Assembly (NCBI RefSeq): GCF_025526975.1
Contig: NW_026515690.1
Coordinates: 434,001 to 498,000, forward strand
DNA: 64,000 nucleotides
Source of the DNA: Fimicolochytrium jonesii
Taxonomy: Eukaryota
Direction: 5' to 3'
Shown here: positions 61,257-64,000 of the stretch, piece by piece
Numbering within the stretch: the stretch's first letter is position 1
Layout: each line of letters opens with the position of its first letter
Translations under genes and position numbers: made by a program
Notes under the pieces: model-generated
The model's database searches: none
Told to the model about the DNA's origin: nothing
Seen by the model: the letters and a program-made list of their open reading frames with translations, nothing else

Positions 61257-64000
61257 ATGGGGTGCGCACCCAGCAGGCAAATGGGTGAGAACCCCCGAGA
61301 CAGCAACAAAGCGAAAGAGGACAGGGACACCTCACCGCTGTCCAATATCAAGATGGACGTGGACGTAGTCAGTTCACCTCTCCCCGTGCTTCCATCGACG
61401 ACGACGATCGCCAAAGCGGAGAAAGTCTTGGATAAAGTCGATCTCATCTCTGGAGTTGTCGAGGCTAACGCTGCCGTGACCATTTATAACAAAGCTCAGG
61501 CAGTCCTTGGAAAGTTCCCGGAAGGGCTCTTCAGTCTTCCCGAAGATTCAAGAGGGGTGCAGATCATCGACATGATCATGGGTGCAATGGATAATCTGAC
61601 GAAGGTTTGAGTGCACTCAGGACATGAATATCGCTGCGTCAACGATATCTCACTTTCGTCCATTCGGAACTTTAGGTTCATCCCGCCGCCCGGATAGCGT
61701 GGGGCTTCATATCCGCCGCATACGATGTAAACTGTTGAAACATTTGACTTTTGGCATTTTTTCGTTTGCTTACCTCTTATCGAAAACCTGCAGCTTTTCA
61801 AGGGCCAAGCCAAGCTGGAACGTAACATCATTGCCCTGTACGGGACCTTGGATCATCTTCTGAAGTCTCTACTCTTGATGTACAACGCCATGCATGCAAA
61901 TTCGGAAAGCCGTAGCCAATCCGATGTCCCCCAAGCTCTTGAAACTACACTCCAGGACCTGTTTGAGGAAATGCGGAGCTTTACGGAATGGTTCGAACGG
62001 TACATCGAGAATCTTTCTGCAACGGGATTCGTCGGTAAGGATTTTCTATTACTGTCCCAGACGCGAGCTGTCTTGGCGATCATTTGATTTCTCCGGTTGC
62101 GTTCATTCCAGGGCGAACATTAGAAGAAACATTCCAGGGCAAGGGCCAAAGCCGCTTGGAACAGTTTCAGGCAAAGTTCGAGGCATTGGACAAGCAGCTC
62201 AGCCGCGACACTCTTCTTCGACAGTTTGTTGATATTCAGCATATCAAGCGTACGGTCGATAACGTCAGCATGAAAGTGGAGAAAATGGAGAATACGTTGG
62301 AGATGGTTTCTGTCGCAAGCAGTGGCAATCACGATTTGCATTTTCAACTTTTCTTGACAACGGTTCAAGCCAATAATGTTGATTTACTTCTGCGCTGGTT
62401 GAAGGACAAACACCCTCCGCTGGTTAGTCGGTTGGCCCTTACTGCTAAAGGTACTGATAATGTGTTAACCCACAAATACATTCAATAGTCGACTCGTGAT
62501 CATAAAGGTTGCTCCTTTATATGGCACGCCACCAAATGTAATGCGGAACAGTGTCTTGAAATCTTATTGAAAGAAATTCCTGCGAACTCGAACACAATCG
62601 TCGACGCTGATGGGGAAGCAAGCCTTACGCCGTTGCATATCGCGGCATGGCATGGTTATGAGGGTTGCTTGCGATTGTTACTCAGCCATGTCAATGGCCG
62701 GGGTCTGTTACAGTTGACCGATGGCAACGGTCAAACACCGTTGCATATCGCGGCATTACATGGGCATGAGGGTTGCCTACGCTTGTTGCTCAACCACGTC
62801 GATGACGCGGATCTTTCGAAATTGAAAGATAATTCCAAGCGAACTCCTCCCGATTTGGCGGCAACGAATGGAAAAGTGGGCTGCCTTTCGTTGCTACTCG
62901 AGCACCAAGGGGAACGCCTTCGTCCCGTGCTACATGACTTGATTGATCAAGCCGGCGAGCATTCCGATTGCTCGCGATTGTTGATTCGCCACGGGAAGCC
63001 CGAAGATTTCAACTATGTTCCTGGAGTCCTTCCTTTCGAAGAATGCGCTACTCTTTTGCGTTTCAGCGTGGGTTGTCGTACGTGTCTCGATTTCTTCTTT
63101 GTCTCGGTGAAAGAGACTGGGTTAAATATTTCCTTATTCTTCCAGGATCGATACCGCCTTTGTTCTACAATTGGACACATTCTCGGCATAGGCCAAGGCT
63201 TCCTTTGACATTGGCTGGGGGGATATTGGATCAATTGAGGATACGCTGGACGGATCCCAAGGAATTGAATGATTCCCACCTCGGAAAGTTCAACGGTGTC
63301 GGGCTCGTGATTGATGTTGACTCATCCGAGGACGCAAGTGCCGAAATGAAATGTACTCGGATTGCCGAGTTCCTGAGTGGCCCGGTTAAGCAGATATGTG
63401 ACAGCGGCATGGTCATGCATTTTCATTGTGAGTACGATGGTTTCCTGTGATGCAGCTGCTCTGAGACATCGACGTAAAGTATCTCACTTTTCTATATGCC
63501 GTTTACTGTATATTGCAGTTGAAATCAAGAAAGATGATTATGAGCTCCACGGTCCTCTTAGCGTGTTCAGCGACTTGCAAGACGAAGACTATTGGGGGGA
63601 TATTGACAACCCCAACGCGCAACTTCTCCAGTGGATTCTTGAATTTCCGGAAATTGTCCTAGGCTACCACCAGCTCGATGGACGTCTGGCCAAAGTATGG
63701 ATCAACGGGTCTCAAACTTTCCTGCTTGCCGGTACGTAAGGCCGGCGTCCCCGCTTTCTATATCTTGCGCTTTTACTCAAATTTCATGAAACAAATGCGC
63801 CCCAGACTGGTTTGACGCGAAAAAAGTGTGCGATGATTACTGGGATCCTATTCGGAGTTCGCTACTTGGGGCACTTGTCGTCGATGGCAGTGTCAAACAT
63901 TTGACTCTCACGGTCTCTTATTTAGCCGGCAATCTCGCGAAATGGGCAGATGGATGGCTAAATGATCTGAGGGAGTTGCTGTCGTTTCCTAGAAGTCTGG
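61257..64000 (+). CDS. Multi-exon ankyrin-repeat protein with helical N-terminal domain; probably runs off the window end
   Basis: MGC N-terminus; coiled/helical exons 61.3-62.4 kb; TPLHIAAWHGYEGCLRLLL, GQTPLHIAALHGHEGCLRLLL, RTPPDLAATNGKVGCLSLLL. Confidence 0.75.

Overview
Intron-rich eukaryotic DNA from a flagellated (zoosporic) fungus, most likely a chytrid. It encodes the kinesin-II subunit KAP3 and the translation GTPase EFL; EFL points to a Spizellomycetales-like lineage (inference). Positions ~0.4-44 kb form a dense block of mostly conserved genes: 7TM protein, C2 protein, FUSC/ArAE transporter, LRR protein, PIH1, Rpn9, PPIL4, NRAMP, CBM48 protein, p24, DUF1764, lactone oxidase, Cut8, KAP3, EFL, RPL32, G-alpha, SKP1, Mmc1-like and SMIM4-like. 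From ~44 kb onward the region is accessory: a TA-flanked MITE carrying TTAGGG repeats, repeat remnants, DUF4436- and DUF4345-like genes, an HNH nuclease and ankyrin proteins. The most notable feature is a degenerate, 3'-truncated Ty3/gypsy-type LTR retrotransposon at 56.0-60.0 kb, with an LTR, tRNA-like PBS, gag, protease and dUTPase-like region. Its pol frame begins with a DIRS-type DNA N6-adenine methyltransferase domain (NPPW) placed between Gag and the aspartic protease, behind a candidate -1 frameshift signal. Gene boundaries were read by eye from GT-AG introns and are approximate; all family assignments come from motif recognition, not database searches.
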